37,172 bases of DNA from Gammaproteobacteria bacterium. GTDB lineage: Bacteria > Pseudomonadota > Gammaproteobacteria > SZUA-229. The notes under the pieces are model-generated. The model worked only from the letters and a program-made list of their open reading frames with translations, did not search any database and was not told the origin of the DNA. Below, piece by piece: positions 18,762 to 28,285 of the stretch (position 1 is its first letter; each line of letters starts with the position of its first letter). The stretch is from the NCBI GenBank assembly GCA_029881425.1, contig JAOUMO010000001.1, positions 1 to 37,172 of the forward strand. The letters are read 5' to 3'. Position numbers and translations under genes: made by a program.

Positions 18762-19340
18762 ATGACTGAATACGCACTTATTCTAATTAGCACCATCTGG
18801 GTAAACAACTTTGTTCTGGTAAAATTCCTGGGGCTTTGCCCCTTCATGGGCGTCTCTCGCAAGCTCGAAACAGCCATGGGCATGGCGCTGGCCACCACCT
18901 TTGTACTTACGCTATCCTCTGTCTGCAGCTACCTGGTTAATGAATATATCCTCGCACCCCTGGCGCTCGAATACCTGCGCACTATTATGTTTATACTGGT
19001 GATTGCCGTAGTGGTTCAGTTCACCGAAATGGTGGTGCACAAAACCAGTCCGCTACTCTATAACGTACTGGGTATTTTCCTGCCGCTCATCACCACCAAC
19101 TGCGCGGTACTGGGGGTCGCCCTGCTCAATGTGCAGGAAGATCACGGCTTTTTACAGTCTGCTTTTTACGGCTTTGGTGCGGCGATGGGCTTTTCCCTTG
19201 TGCTCATACTATTTGCCGGTATCCGCGAACGCATCACTGTGGCCGATATTCCCGAGGCCTTCCAGGGCAATGCTATAGCCCTGATTACAGCGGGTATTAT
19301 GTCACTGGCCTTTATGGGGTTCGTAGGGCTAGTGAAATAA
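18762..19340 (+). CDS. rnfA: Rnf electron transport complex subunit A
   Basis: 192-aa polytopic membrane protein. It has the RnfA/NqrE-type sequence ([22 protein letters not shown]) and is first in an rnfABCDGE gene order. Confidence 0.94.
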   Translation: MTEYALILISTIWVNNFVLVKFLGLCPFMGVSRKLETAMGMALATTFVLTLSSVCSYLVNEYILAPLALEYLRTIMFILVIAVVVQFTEMVVHKTSPLLYNVLGIFLPLITTNCAVLGVALLNVQEDHGFLQSAFYGFGAAMGFSLVLILFAGIRERITVADIPEAFQGNAIALITAGIMSLAFMGFVGLVK

Positions 19341-19343
19341 ACC

Positions 19344-19904
19344 ATGTCTATACTGAGCGCAATTATTACCCTGTCCCTGATTGCTGGCCTGTTTGGCCTG
19401 ATACTGGGCTATGCCTCGATCAAGTTCCATGTTGAAGGTGATCCGGTGGTTGATAAGATTGACGCCATCCTGCCACAGACACAGTGTGGCCAGTGTAGTT
19501 TTCCCGGTTGTCGCCCCTATGCCGAGGCAATAGCCAGTGGTGAGGCCCCCATTAATCAATGCCCGCCAGGGGGCGAAGCCACCATGCTGGCCCTTGCTGA
19601 CCTGCTTGGCGTCGAACCCATTGCGCTCAGCGAAGAACATGCCGATGAACCGGTAAAAACAGTGGTCACCATTGACGAGACAACCTGCATTGGGTGTACT
19701 CTCTGCATACAGGCCTGCCCCGTAGATGCCATCCTCGGCGCAGCCAAACAGATGCACACGATAATAGAGTCAGAATGTACCGGCTGTAATTTATGTATCC
19801 CCCCCTGCCCGGTAGATTGTATTGCCATAGTCCCGGTTAAAATAGAGCCGGACACCTGGCGCTGGCCCTTGCCTGAACAGGCGCATACTGCACCCGGTGC
19901 ATAA
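19344..19904 (+). CDS. rnfB: Rnf complex subunit B (ferredoxin-like)
   Basis: N-terminal anchor, a [12 protein letters not shown] cluster motif, and two CxxCxxCxxxCP motifs ([24 protein letters not shown]). Confidence 0.94.
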   Translation: MSILSAIITLSLIAGLFGLILGYASIKFHVEGDPVVDKIDAILPQTQCGQCSFPGCRPYAEAIASGEAPINQCPPGGEATMLALADLLGVEPIALSEEHADEPVKTVVTIDETTCIGCTLCIQACPVDAILGAAKQMHTIIESECTGCNLCIPPCPVDCIAIVPVKIEPDTWRWPLPEQAHTAPGA

Positions 19905-19930
19905 TTGAACAGGAACAATAACGACAGTCT

Positions 19931-21583
19931 ATGAATTCTGGCGCTCATCATTTATCACATTTTCACGGTGGACTGAAACTGGCCGGACATAAGGCCATGT
20001 CAACAGCCAGCCCGATTCGTCGTGCCAGCCTGCCCGAACAACTGATTATCCCGCTACACCAGCATATTGGTGAGAACAGTGAAATACTGGTAACAAAAGG
20101 TGAAAGAGTATTAAAGGGCCAGCCACTGACCGTTGCCAAAGCCTATGTCAGCGCACCCATCCATGCACCGTCTTCGGGTATCGTAACTGATATTGCAGAA
20201 TATCCTGCCCCCCACCCTTCAGGCCTGTCCACACTCTGCATTGTAATTAAAACTGATGGTGAAAATGAATGGGCCGATCTCGAACCGGTAAGTAATTACA
20301 GGGACTTATCCACCGCCGAGTTACGTAATATTATTCGACATGCAGGGATTGTTGGCCTGGGGGGTGCAGCATTCCCTACTGCAGTAAAACTCAATCCTGG
20401 ACCAGATCATCCTATAGACACCGTTATTATCAATGCGGCCGAGTGCGAACCCTATATCTCCTGCGATGATATGTTGATGCGTGAACGTGCCGATGAGGTC
20501 ATCTCCGGGATTGAAATCATCCTGCACACCCTGGGTGCCAAAAAGGCCCTTATTGCGATTGAAAATAACAAGCCGGAAGCGGCTGAAGCACTGCAGAAAT
20601 CACTGGGCAGGACAGCAAATGAAAATATCCATGTTGTGGCCATTCCCACCATCTACCCTACCGGGGGAGAAAAACAGTTAATCAAGGTACTAACCAACAA
20701 GGAAGTGCCCAGCGATGGGCTGCCCATCGATATTGGTATCGTGGTACAGAATGTAGGTACCACAGCCGCCATCCACCGTGCCATTCATTTTGGCGAACCG
20801 CTGATTTCACGCATCATTACGGTTACGGGTAATGGCATTAAACAGCCACAGAATATGGATGTACTGATCGGCACATCCATGGCCGAAGTTATCCAGCAGT
20901 GCGGCGGCTACACGGAGAATGCAAAACAGCTCATTATGGGTGGCCCAATGATGGGCTTTAGTATGCACACGGATCACTTACCCATTATAAAAGGCTGCAA
21001 CTGCCTGCTTGTCGAAACCACAGAACAACGACAGGGCATGCAGACTATGCCCTGCATACGCTGTGGTGAATGCACACGGGTTTGCCCGGCCAATCTTTTA
21101 CCGCAGCAATTATACTGGCATGCCAGCTCAAGAAATTTTGACCAGGTGCAGGACTACCACCTGTTTGACTGTATCGAATGCGGTTGCTGTGCCCACGTCT
21201 GCCCCAGCCACATCCCCCTGGTCCAGTATTACCGTTTTGCAAAAACCGAAATATGGAACCAGGAACGCGATCGTAAAAAATCGGATCACGCCCGTGTTCG
21301 CCATGACTTCCGACAGGCTCGACTGGATCGTGAGAAACGTGAACGTGATGAACGCCTGCGCAAGAAAAAAGAGATGCTGGAAAAGAAAAAACAGGAAGAG
21401 TCACAGGCCAGTACAGCTGAAATCGACCCCAAAAAGGCAGCGATTAATGCCGCACTGGAACGGGTAAAAATGAAAAAGGCCAGTACAACAGTAACACCAA
21501 AAAACACAAACAATCTTACCGAAGAGCAGCAAAAAAAGATTGATGAAGTCGATAAACAACGCCAGGCATCAAAAACAAAATAA
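19931..21583 (+). CDS. rnfC: Rnf complex subunit C
   Basis: N-terminal FHGGLKLAGHK, an NADH/FMN-binding-like GLGGAAFPT, and CIRCGECTRVCP and CIECGCCAHVCP. It carries a Lys/Glu-rich C-terminal tail. Confidence 0.94.
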   Translation: MNSGAHHLSHFHGGLKLAGHKAMSTASPIRRASLPEQLIIPLHQHIGENSEILVTKGERVLKGQPLTVAKAYVSAPIHAPSSGIVTDIAEYPAPHPSGLSTLCIVIKTDGENEWADLEPVSNYRDLSTAELRNIIRHAGIVGLGGAAFPTAVKLNPGPDHPIDTVIINAAECEPYISCDDMLMRERADEVISGIEIILHTLGAKKALIAIENNKPEAAEALQKSLGRTANENIHVVAIPTIYPTGGEKQLIKVLTNKEVPSDGLPIDIGIVVQNVGTTAAIHRAIHFGEPLISRIITVTGNGIKQPQNMDVLIGTSMAEVIQQCGGYTENAKQLIMGGPMMGFSMHTDHLPIIKGCNCLLVETTEQRQGMQTMPCIRCGECTRVCPANLLPQQLYWHASSRNFDQVQDYHLFDCIECGCCAHVCPSHIPLVQYYRFAKTEIWNQERDRKKSDHARVRHDFRQARLDREKRERDERLRKKKEMLEKKKQEESQASTAEIDPKKAAINAALERVKMKKASTTVTPKNTNNLTEEQQKKIDEVDKQRQASKTK

Positions 21584-21585
21584 CT

Positions 21586-22668
21586 ATGCAATTTAAAACC
21601 ACCAGCTCCCCACACTATACACCCGAAAATAGCGTTAACACGATTATGCGCAGGGTGTTACTGGCGATGATCCCCGGCACCCTGGCAACCATATTTTTCT
21701 TTGGCTGGGGCGTCATAATTAACATGCTACTGGCCTGTGTGGTTGCACTGGGTACAGAGGCCCTCATGCTAGGCATGCGTAACAGGGCCATCAAACCCTA
21801 CCTGCTGGATGGCAGCGCAATCCTCACCGCCTGTTTACTCGCACTCGCATTACCGCAACTGGCCCCCTGGTGGCTTACCTGTATTGCCACCGTATCGGCA
21901 ATTATATTTGGCAAGCACCTGTATGGAGGCCTGGGCTTTAATCCCTTTAACCCGGCGATGGTCGGTTATGTAATTGCCATTATTTCCTTTCCAAAAGAGA
22001 TGACCCAGTGGGTACCTCCCCTGCTTGAAGGTTATACCCACCTTAATTTTTTACAAACCTTCCAGGTCATTTTTGGAGGCCAGGTCCCTGCAGGATTAAG
22101 CTGGGATGCTATCACCATGGCTACACCACTGGACACATTAAAAACCCAGCTGGGACTCGAATTAAGTATTAATGATATCCACCAGCATGAAGTGTATGGC
22201 CCGATGTTTGGTGCCGTCGGTGGTATAGGCTGGGAATGGATCAATGGCCTGTTCCTGGCTGGTGGTTTATGGCTGGCTATGAAACGTGTGATTGACTGGC
22301 GTATCCCCGCCGGCTTACTGGGTACATTATTTTTCCTGTCTAACAGTTTTGCACTATACGATTACTCCAGTTTTACACCACCCACATTTCATATGTTTAG
22401 TGGTGGTATTATGCTGGCCGCATTTTTTATTGCAACGGATCCAGTCACCGCAGCCACGACACCCAGGGGGCGCTGGATATTCGGTGCCGGCATCGGCTTT
22501 TTCATTTTTGTAATTCGTACCTGGGGCGGTTACCCGGATGGCATAGCCTTTGCCGTATTGCTGATGAACATGACAACCCCGTTACTGGATTACTACACCA
22601 TGCCGCGCGCATTTGGACATCACTGGCGCGAGTTTCCACAACACACTAAAAAGCATGATGATGAATAA
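21586..22668 (+). CDS. rnfD: Rnf complex subunit D
   Basis: 360-aa polytopic protein in the RnfD/NqrB family, with the flavinylation-type motif ITMATPL. Confidence 0.93.
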   Translation: MQFKTTSSPHYTPENSVNTIMRRVLLAMIPGTLATIFFFGWGVIINMLLACVVALGTEALMLGMRNRAIKPYLLDGSAILTACLLALALPQLAPWWLTCIATVSAIIFGKHLYGGLGFNPFNPAMVGYVIAIISFPKEMTQWVPPLLEGYTHLNFLQTFQVIFGGQVPAGLSWDAITMATPLDTLKTQLGLELSINDIHQHEVYGPMFGAVGGIGWEWINGLFLAGGLWLAMKRVIDWRIPAGLLGTLFFLSNSFALYDYSSFTPPTFHMFSGGIMLAAFFIATDPVTAATTPRGRWIFGAGIGFFIFVIRTWGGYPDGIAFAVLLMNMTTPLLDYYTMPRAFGHHWREFPQHTKKHDDE

Positions 22669-23290
22669 GGGAAAACAGATTTTCGTTACCGGCCTTATAC
22701 TTATGCTATTTGCGATTGCAGGTGCAGCCATGGTCGCGCTTACCTATGAGGGTACCGCTGCGCAAATTGCGGAGAATGAACGCCATGCCATGTTACGCAG
22801 CCTAAATCAAATTTTGCCCGCCGAGCGTTATGACAATGAACTCATAGACGACACTATTACCCTGGCCGCGGATGAACGACTCGGACATGCGGAACAATCG
22901 ACTGCCTATATCGCTCGCAAAAACAACCAGGTCGTCGCGATTATCTTTTCGGTCTTTGCCACCGATGGCTACAGCGGCATTATCAAACTCCTGGTCGGTA
23001 TTAACACTGATGGTACGCTTGCTGGTGTGCGGGTCGTTAGCCACAAAGAAACCCCCGGTCTCGGCGATGCGATAGAAACCAAACGCAGTGACTGGGTACT
23101 TGGCTTTAACCATAAGTCGCTGCAGGATCCAGACAGCAGCGGCTGGCATGTAAAACGTGACGGCGGCATATTTGACCAGTTTAGTGGCGCCACAATTACC
23201 CCACGCGCTGTGGTCAAGGCGGTGCACCATTCTTTGTTATACTTTGCCTCACACAAAAAAGATCTAACGGGGAGCGTCTCCCATGAGTAA
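22655..23290 (+). CDS. rnfG: Rnf complex subunit G
   Basis: Single N-terminal TM helix, an FMN_bind domain and the [10 protein letters not shown] flavinylation motif. The ATG at 22655 was chosen (MMMNKGKQ), a 14-nt overlap with rnfD. The ORF itself is open from 22613. Confidence 0.9.
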   Translation: MMMNKGKQIFVTGLILMLFAIAGAAMVALTYEGTAAQIAENERHAMLRSLNQILPAERYDNELIDDTITLAADERLGHAEQSTAYIARKNNQVVAIIFSVFATDGYSGIIKLLVGINTDGTLAGVRVVSHKETPGLGDAIETKRSDWVLGFNHKSLQDPDSSGWHVKRDGGIFDQFSGATITPRAVVKAVHHSLLYFASHKKDLTGSVSHE

Positions 23291-23972
23291 TGCAGACTAC
23301 AATGAAATCAGCAAAAATGGCCTGTGGACCAACAACGTCGCACTGGTGCAACTACTGGGCCTGTGTCCATTACTCGCTGTTACGGGCACGGTCATCAATG
23401 GCCTGGGGCTGGGCGTAGCAACGCTATTAACGCTGGTACTATCCAACTCCTCCGTCTCCCTGATTCGCCACTGGGTACGCCCGGAAGTACGCGTACCCGT
23501 TTTTGTTTTAATTATCGCCTCCATAGTGACCACCATCGAACTATCCATGAACGCCTGGTTCCATGATCTCTACAATGTACTGGGAATTTTTATCCCCCTG
23601 ATTGTAACCAACTGCAGCATACTTGCCCGTGCCGAGGCCTTTGCCTCGAAAAATAAAGTATTACCCTCGATGATAGATGGCTTTATGATGGGGCTGGGCT
23701 TTACCGCCGTACTGGTATTACTCGGCGGCATGCGTGAACTGGTTGGCCGTGGCACACTACTCGCCGATGCCCACCTTATGTTTGGTGAAGTTGCACGTAA
23801 CTGGACACTGGTCATTTTTGATGATTACACCGGATTGCTACTGGCGATACTACCTCCGGGTGCATTTATTGGGCTGGGCCTTATTATCGCCGGCAAAAAT
23901 ATTATTGATAAGCGCTTATCAAAACGCCAGGCACAGGCCGTTCAAAATACTGGCCAAGAGGCTATAGCATAA
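23283..23972 (+). CDS. rnfE: Rnf complex subunit E
   Basis: 229 aa, RnfE/NqrD family ([26 protein letters not shown]). It overlaps rnfG by 8 nt. Confidence 0.93.
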   Translation: MSNADYNEISKNGLWTNNVALVQLLGLCPLLAVTGTVINGLGLGVATLLTLVLSNSSVSLIRHWVRPEVRVPVFVLIIASIVTTIELSMNAWFHDLYNVLGIFIPLIVTNCSILARAEAFASKNKVLPSMIDGFMMGLGFTAVLVLLGGMRELVGRGTLLADAHLMFGEVARNWTLVIFDDYTGLLLAILPPGAFIGLGLIIAGKNIIDKRLSKRQAQAVQNTGQEAIA

Positions 23973-23978
23973 CGACCC

Positions 23979-24614
23979 ATGAACCCTCAAAAACGCAGGG
24001 AAATTTTTTCCCGCCTCAGGGCCGAAGACCCACAACCCAGCACTGAACTCAATTACTCGACACCCTTTGAATTACTCGTGGCCGTCACCCTCTCGGCACA
24101 GGCCACGGACAAGGGCGTCAACAAAGCCACTGATAAACTATTTGCTGTTGCCAATACACCGGAGGCCATATTTAAGCTGGGGGAATCCGGCCTTAAAAAA
24201 TATATAAAAACAATTGGCCTGTATAACACCAAAGGCAAAAATATTATCAGGGCCTGCAAGCTGCTAATTGACCAGCATAACAGTGAAGTACCCGATGACC
24301 AGGCGGCACTTGAAGCACTACCCGGTGTGGGCCGGAAAACAGCCAATGTCGTTCGAAATACGGCTTTTGGCCACCCCACCATCGCCGTCGACACCCATAT
24401 TTTTCGTGTCTCTAACCGCACCGGTATTGCACCGGGCAAGAACGTGCTCGAAGTAGAAAAGAAGCTGATTAAATTTGTCGCCGATGAGTTCAAACTGGAT
24501 GCCCACCACTGGTTAATACTCCATGGTCGTTATACCTGCATCGCGCGTAAACCCCGTTGTGGCTCCTGTATAATTGAAGACCTCTGCGAATACAAAAAAA
24601 AGGAAATCGACTGA
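23979..24614 (+). CDS. nth: endonuclease III
   Basis: HhH-GPD motif (LPGVGRKTANVV), catalytic Lys/Asp context and a C-terminal 4Fe-4S cluster loop CIARKPRCGSCIIEDLC. It follows rnfE, as in the E. coli rsx-nth operon. Confidence 0.95.
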   Translation: MNPQKRREIFSRLRAEDPQPSTELNYSTPFELLVAVTLSAQATDKGVNKATDKLFAVANTPEAIFKLGESGLKKYIKTIGLYNTKGKNIIRACKLLIDQHNSEVPDDQAALEALPGVGRKTANVVRNTAFGHPTIAVDTHIFRVSNRTGIAPGKNVLEVEKKLIKFVADEFKLDAHHWLILHGRYTCIARKPRCGSCIIEDLCEYKKKEID

Positions 24615-25039
24615 TGTTTGGCAATGACCGAAACCAGATGCGCAGGGCCTATGCCGATGCCTGGTATAAATTCCAGCAGGGCCAGCCCTTACAACCACTG
24701 GAACAACAGATTGCCGAGGTTATCAGTGAACACCCCGAATACCATAAATTACTCAATAATATTGAGGCTGATTTTTTTCCCGAGGCGGGAGAGACAAACC
24801 CCTTTCTCCATATGGGTATGCACCTGGCCATACGCGAACAGATGAGCACCAATCGGCCCATGGGAATTATTAATTGTTTTCAATTACTTACAAAAAAAAC
24901 CAGCGACAGCCATGGTGCAGAACATGAAATGATGGAATGCCTGGGCGAGGCACTCTGGCAGGCACAACGTAATGGCAGCCTGCCCGATGAAGCGGCCTAC
25001 CTGGCCTGCCTGAAACAGCGAGCAACATCAAAAAAATAA
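24614..25039 (+). CDS. DUF1841 family protein
   Basis: 141 aa with RRAYADAWYKFQQGQPL...EHPEYHKLL...FLHMGMHLAIREQ. The family assignment is from memory. The start overlaps the nth stop (TGATG), implying translational coupling. Confidence 0.65.
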   Translation: MFGNDRNQMRRAYADAWYKFQQGQPLQPLEQQIAEVISEHPEYHKLLNNIEADFFPEAGETNPFLHMGMHLAIREQMSTNRPMGIINCFQLLTKKTSDSHGAEHEMMECLGEALWQAQRNGSLPDEAAYLACLKQRATSKK

Positions 25040-25156
25040 TATTTTTATAACAATGCTACTAGCTAACGAACTTGGGTCGAATACGGCTGTCAATCTTTCA
25101 GCGAAAAGGCTAGACTACAAAAAAAAAACCAACCCCCAAACCTAGAGGATATAACC

Positions 25157-25525
25157 ATGAAAAAACTGCTTAACAAAACCCTGCTGTCTGCACTAGGCTT
25201 AGTATTTTTTCTAGCCATCAATCCTGCACAGGCAACTGAAAACCCATTTGGCATGAGCAAGTCAACAGCTGGAAATATGCAAGTTGCCGAAATGAATAAT
25301 GGCAAATGCGGTGAAGGTAAGTGCGGCGGCTCAATGAAGAAGGCCGAAAAGAAAGAAAGTAAATGTGGCGAAGGCAAGTGTGGCGGCTCCATGAAGTCTG
25401 AAAAAGATGAGGATAAATGCGGCGGCTCAATGAAGCCTGAAAAGAAAGAAGGTAAGTGTGGTGAAGGCAAGTGCGGCGGCTCAATGAAACCTGAAAAGAA
25501 AGAAGGCAAGTGCGGTAATATGTAA
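25157..25525 (+). CDS. secreted Cys-repeat peptide resembling HvfA-family (EGKCG-repeat) oxazolone/thioamide RiPP metallophore precursors
   Basis: There is a good SD (AGAGGA, 8 nt before the ATG). A Sec signal peptide ends in AQA-TE. Eight Cys follow, every one in a KCG context: 3x GEGKCGGSMK, plus KEGKCGE, KEGKCGN and others. The Cys units are separated by Lys/Glu spacers. A strong terminator follows. Confidence 0.75.
   Translation: MKKLLNKTLLSALGLVFFLAINPAQATENPFGMSKSTAGNMQVAEMNNGKCGEGKCGGSMKKAEKKESKCGEGKCGGSMKSEKDEDKCGGSMKPEKKEGKCGEGKCGGSMKPEKKEGKCGNM
25301..25522 (+). repeat. in-frame tandem coding repeats (units of about 36-60 nt) encoding the (E)GKCG(E)GKCGGSMKxEKKE units
   Basis: Near-identical DNA units are visible, for example AAGTGCGGCGGCTCAATGAA(G/A)CCTGAAAAGAAAGAAGG(T/C)AAGTG(T/C)GG occurring twice, plus diverged copies. 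Confidence 0.85.
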
Positions 25526-25542
25526 TCACATATCGAGCATTT

Positions 25543-25572
25543 AAAAAAAACCCCTGAAAAGGGGTTTTTTTT
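25543..25572 (+). terminator. intrinsic terminator after the Cys-repeat peptide gene
   Basis: AAAAAAAACCCC-TGAAAA-GGGGTTTTTTTT lies 18 nt after the stop codon. It is symmetric, so it could act on both strands. Confidence 0.85.
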
Positions 25573-25986
25573 GGCCTGTATTTATTAATCGGCTAGTAGA
25601 CGTTATCGCATGGCGTGATTGTTAGTTCTCGGCTAACACCACATAGGGGCGTTTAAAAATAAAAAGAATGTGCGAAAACACACGTAACCCAGGACAGATA
25701 ATTTCATTATAGTGCTGAACAAAGTCGAAAGATGACAAAGGCCTACTAGCATTCAAACAATCTTCGCTTTTATTTGCATTTTTCCAGATCGCAGGCACAT
25801 GAACGACCTGATCAGGCCAAAACCTTCTTACACAAATATGGTTATTACAGCTAGCTTATTGAAAAGCTCTTCGAATTTACCACCATTTGTTTAATTGTGT
25901 TTCTGGTATTGTTATTTACCTGTAGAGATAAAACCAGTGTTGATTATTTTATTTATCACTACTTTATAAATTGATTCACCACAAAA

Positions 25987-26015
25987 TAAAAAAGGCCGGT
26001 TTCCCGGCCTTTTTT
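25987..26015 (-). terminator. intrinsic terminator after the 26014-26481 gene
   Basis: The plus strand is AAAAAAA-GGCCGG-TTTC-CCGGCC-TTTTTT. On the minus strand the hairpin directly follows the TAA stop and is followed by T7. Confidence 0.8.
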
Positions 26016-26481
26016 AATCAAAAATTTTCTGCCACCATCGCTTTCGATTATTTGCTGGCTTTAACGCATCCTGTAAATTTACCGGCTTCATTTTAGATAA
26101 CACCCAACCCGGCAGGGGTGGATTATCACTAAAGCCACAGCTCACACCCAGGTTATGTGGGTCAAATATTTTTATAAAACTCGGCTGATCATGATCATCG
26201 GCATAAACAATCGCACAATAATCTTCTTCATGATCGGTACGTAACAGTTTATCCACTTCATCGATAAAGGTTTTTAACTGCTCTGCACTACTGGTGGTTT
26301 CCGGCGCATCTTCACCCACCGCATAGATATACCAGTTATCATCGGCCTGGCTACGCAGGGTCTCCCAGAATGCATCAAGGTGTTCCCAGCGCATCAATGA
26401 GGTAAAACGGCCACGGAAGGCATTCACATAGGGTTCAATATTTTGCTGGTCCTGGGTCATCAGGCTATCCTTCATCAACAA
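26014..26481 (-). CDS. hypothetical protein (no family recognised), co-oriented with and 3 nt downstream of the TetR gene
   Basis: Long ORF in the same operon position as the TetR gene, with a strong terminator. The most likely start is ATG 26460 (MTQDQQ...), preceded by AAGGA at 7-nt spacing. The track start at 26481 is TTG. Confidence 0.6.
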   Translation of the reverse strand: MLMKDSLMTQDQQNIEPYVNAFRGRFTSLMRWEHLDAFWETLRSQADDNWYIYAVGEDAPETTSSAEQLKTFIDEVDKLLRTDHEEDYCAIVYADDHDQPSFIKIFDPHNLGVSCGFSDNPPLPGWVLSKMKPVNLQDALKPANNRKRWWQKIFD

Positions 26482-26484
26482 TCG

Positions 26485-27078
26485 TCAGTTTGTAGTGACC
26501 TGTTGCAACCAGGCCTGTACATCTTCTGTTGCCCTGCTCAAAAATTTCCTGTCGTGATAAATATTGGCCATTAAGGTTATGCCCTGTAGTTTTGCCAATA
26601 AATCCATTGAAAGATCATGCGCCCTGTTTTCAAAACCCAGGGCCCTGAACTGTTCAATACACCAGTCGCGGATTAAATCAAACACGGCCGTTAATCGACC
26701 ACTAGAAATTTCATGCGCCTGTTCTTTGCACAACTCGGAGCTCAATGTACCGATAGGGCAACCGTACTCGATAACCTGTTGCTGGTTGTGAACTGGCGTC
26801 TCCGCAAAGGCAAGTAGACGCTGGCGTGGATCGCTAGATTTTGCCTCACAGTCATCGAGCACCTGCCTGAAGATATCGAGCCGGGAATCCACCACCGCAG
26901 ACAGGATGTCCTCCTTGGTCTTGAAGTAATAATAAAAATTACCTCTGGGTATACCGGTTTCATCAGAGATATCACTGAATGAGGTCTGATTATAGCCCCG
27001 GGAATAAAACAGGTGATCCGCTGCCTCTACAATACGCTGTCTATTCGCCGAACCCTTGGTTCCCATCGAAACACCCAT
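26485..27078 (-). CDS. TetR/AcrR family transcriptional regulator
   Basis: N-terminal HTH RIVEAADHLFYSRGYNQTSFSDISDETGIPRGNFYYYFKTKEDIL. 197 aa. Confidence 0.9.
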   Translation of the reverse strand: MGVSMGTKGSANRQRIVEAADHLFYSRGYNQTSFSDISDETGIPRGNFYYYFKTKEDILSAVVDSRLDIFRQVLDDCEAKSSDPRQRLLAFAETPVHNQQQVIEYGCPIGTLSSELCKEQAHEISSGRLTAVFDLIRDWCIEQFRALGFENRAHDLSMDLLAKLQGITLMANIYHDRKFLSRATEDVQAWLQQVTTN

Positions 27079-27306
27079 ATAAACTGTGATAAAGCACAGA
27101 TTCTACCTCTTTTTCAGGCACTTTTCCCTGCCTACAGGTAAAAAGTGTACTGTCTAACCGGTCAAAATATATCTCTACACATAATGATTTAGACAATCGT
27201 ATGACTTTTGTCTGTTCTTTTCAAGTCTATTCGAATAAAATCTCTAAATATCATGTACAATCAAAGACTTGCCATAAACACGCTGTTATCAGACGGATAG
27301 GACACC

Positions 27307-28284
27307 ATGAAAGCACTTTCCATTCGACACCTTGAGAAAACCTATCAAAATGGCACACGGGCACTCAAGGGTGTTGATCTCGATGTTGAGGAAGGTGATT
27401 TTTTTGCCCTGCTCGGCCCTAATGGCGCAGGAAAATCCACCACCATTGGCATTATTGCGGGCCTGGTTAACAAATCTGCCGGTAATGTGTCTATTTTTGG
27501 TCACGACATAGACAGCCAGACAGATGCCGCCAAATCCTGCCTCGGCCTGGTGCCCCAGGAATTTAATTTCAACCAGTTTGAACCAGTAATTGAAATCCTC
27601 GCCAACCAGGGCGGCTACTACGGTATCCCACGCAAACTGGCCTATGAACGTGCGGAGCAATATCTCAGGCAACTGGAACTCTGGGATAAACGCCATGTAA
27701 TGGCACGCGAGCTATCCGGTGGCATGAAACGTCGCCTGATGATCGCCCGGGCACTTATACATCGACCTCGCCTGTTGATTCTCGATGAACCTACAGCAGG
27801 GGTTGATATAGAAATTCGTCGTTCGATGTGGACATTTTTACGCAAAATCAATGATGAAGGCACGACCATTATTCTTACTACACACTACCTGGAAGAAGCA
27901 GAAAGCCTGTGCAAGAACATCGCCATCATTGACCATGGCTGCACCATTGAAAACACCAGCATGCGCAAGCTACTCAACCAGCTCAATATAGAAACCTTTG
28001 TCCTCTATCTTGATGACCATGTTGAACAGTTACCCGACTGCATTGAAGGCTGTGATCTACGCATCATTGATAACAACACCCTCGAAGTTGATATTTCAAA
28101 ATCAAATAGCATTAATCAGGTGTTTGAAATACTCTCGGCAAAAAACATTAATGTCCTGAGTATGCGCAATAAAAGCAATCGCCTGGAACAGCTGTTTATG
28201 CACCTGGTCGACAAGAATAGAAACAATATAGAATTGATGCAGACACTTGAACAGGCATCAAACGCAAACTCAATAGCTGAATAA
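27307..28284 (+). CDS. ABC transporter ATP-binding protein (YadG/ABC-2 exporter type)
   Basis: Walker A GPNGAGKST, signature LSGGMKRR and Walker B LLILDEPT. A C-terminal extension is present. Confidence 0.9.
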   Translation: MKALSIRHLEKTYQNGTRALKGVDLDVEEGDFFALLGPNGAGKSTTIGIIAGLVNKSAGNVSIFGHDIDSQTDAAKSCLGLVPQEFNFNQFEPVIEILANQGGYYGIPRKLAYERAEQYLRQLELWDKRHVMARELSGGMKRRLMIARALIHRPRLLILDEPTAGVDIEIRRSMWTFLRKINDEGTTIILTTHYLEEAESLCKNIAIIDHGCTIENTSMRKLLNQLNIETFVLYLDDHVEQLPDCIEGCDLRIIDNNTLEVDISKSNSINQVFEILSAKNINVLSMRNKSNRLEQLFMHLVDKNRNNIELMQTLEQASNANSIAE

Positions 28285-28285
28285 T

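Noticed and set aside
21240-21583. Lys/Glu/Arg-rich low-complexity C-terminal tail of RnfC
   Set aside because: Variable charged C-terminal extensions are a known feature of gammaproteobacterial RnfC/RsxC. This is not evidence of a fusion or a separate gene.
25090-25529. Two long minus-strand ORFs with striking PHLPSPHLPSFFSGFIEPPHL repeats
   Set aside because: They are the antisense read-through of the tandem GKCGEGKCGGSMK coding repeats. The plus-strand gene has the SD, signal peptide and terminator. The minus-strand ORFs have none of these.
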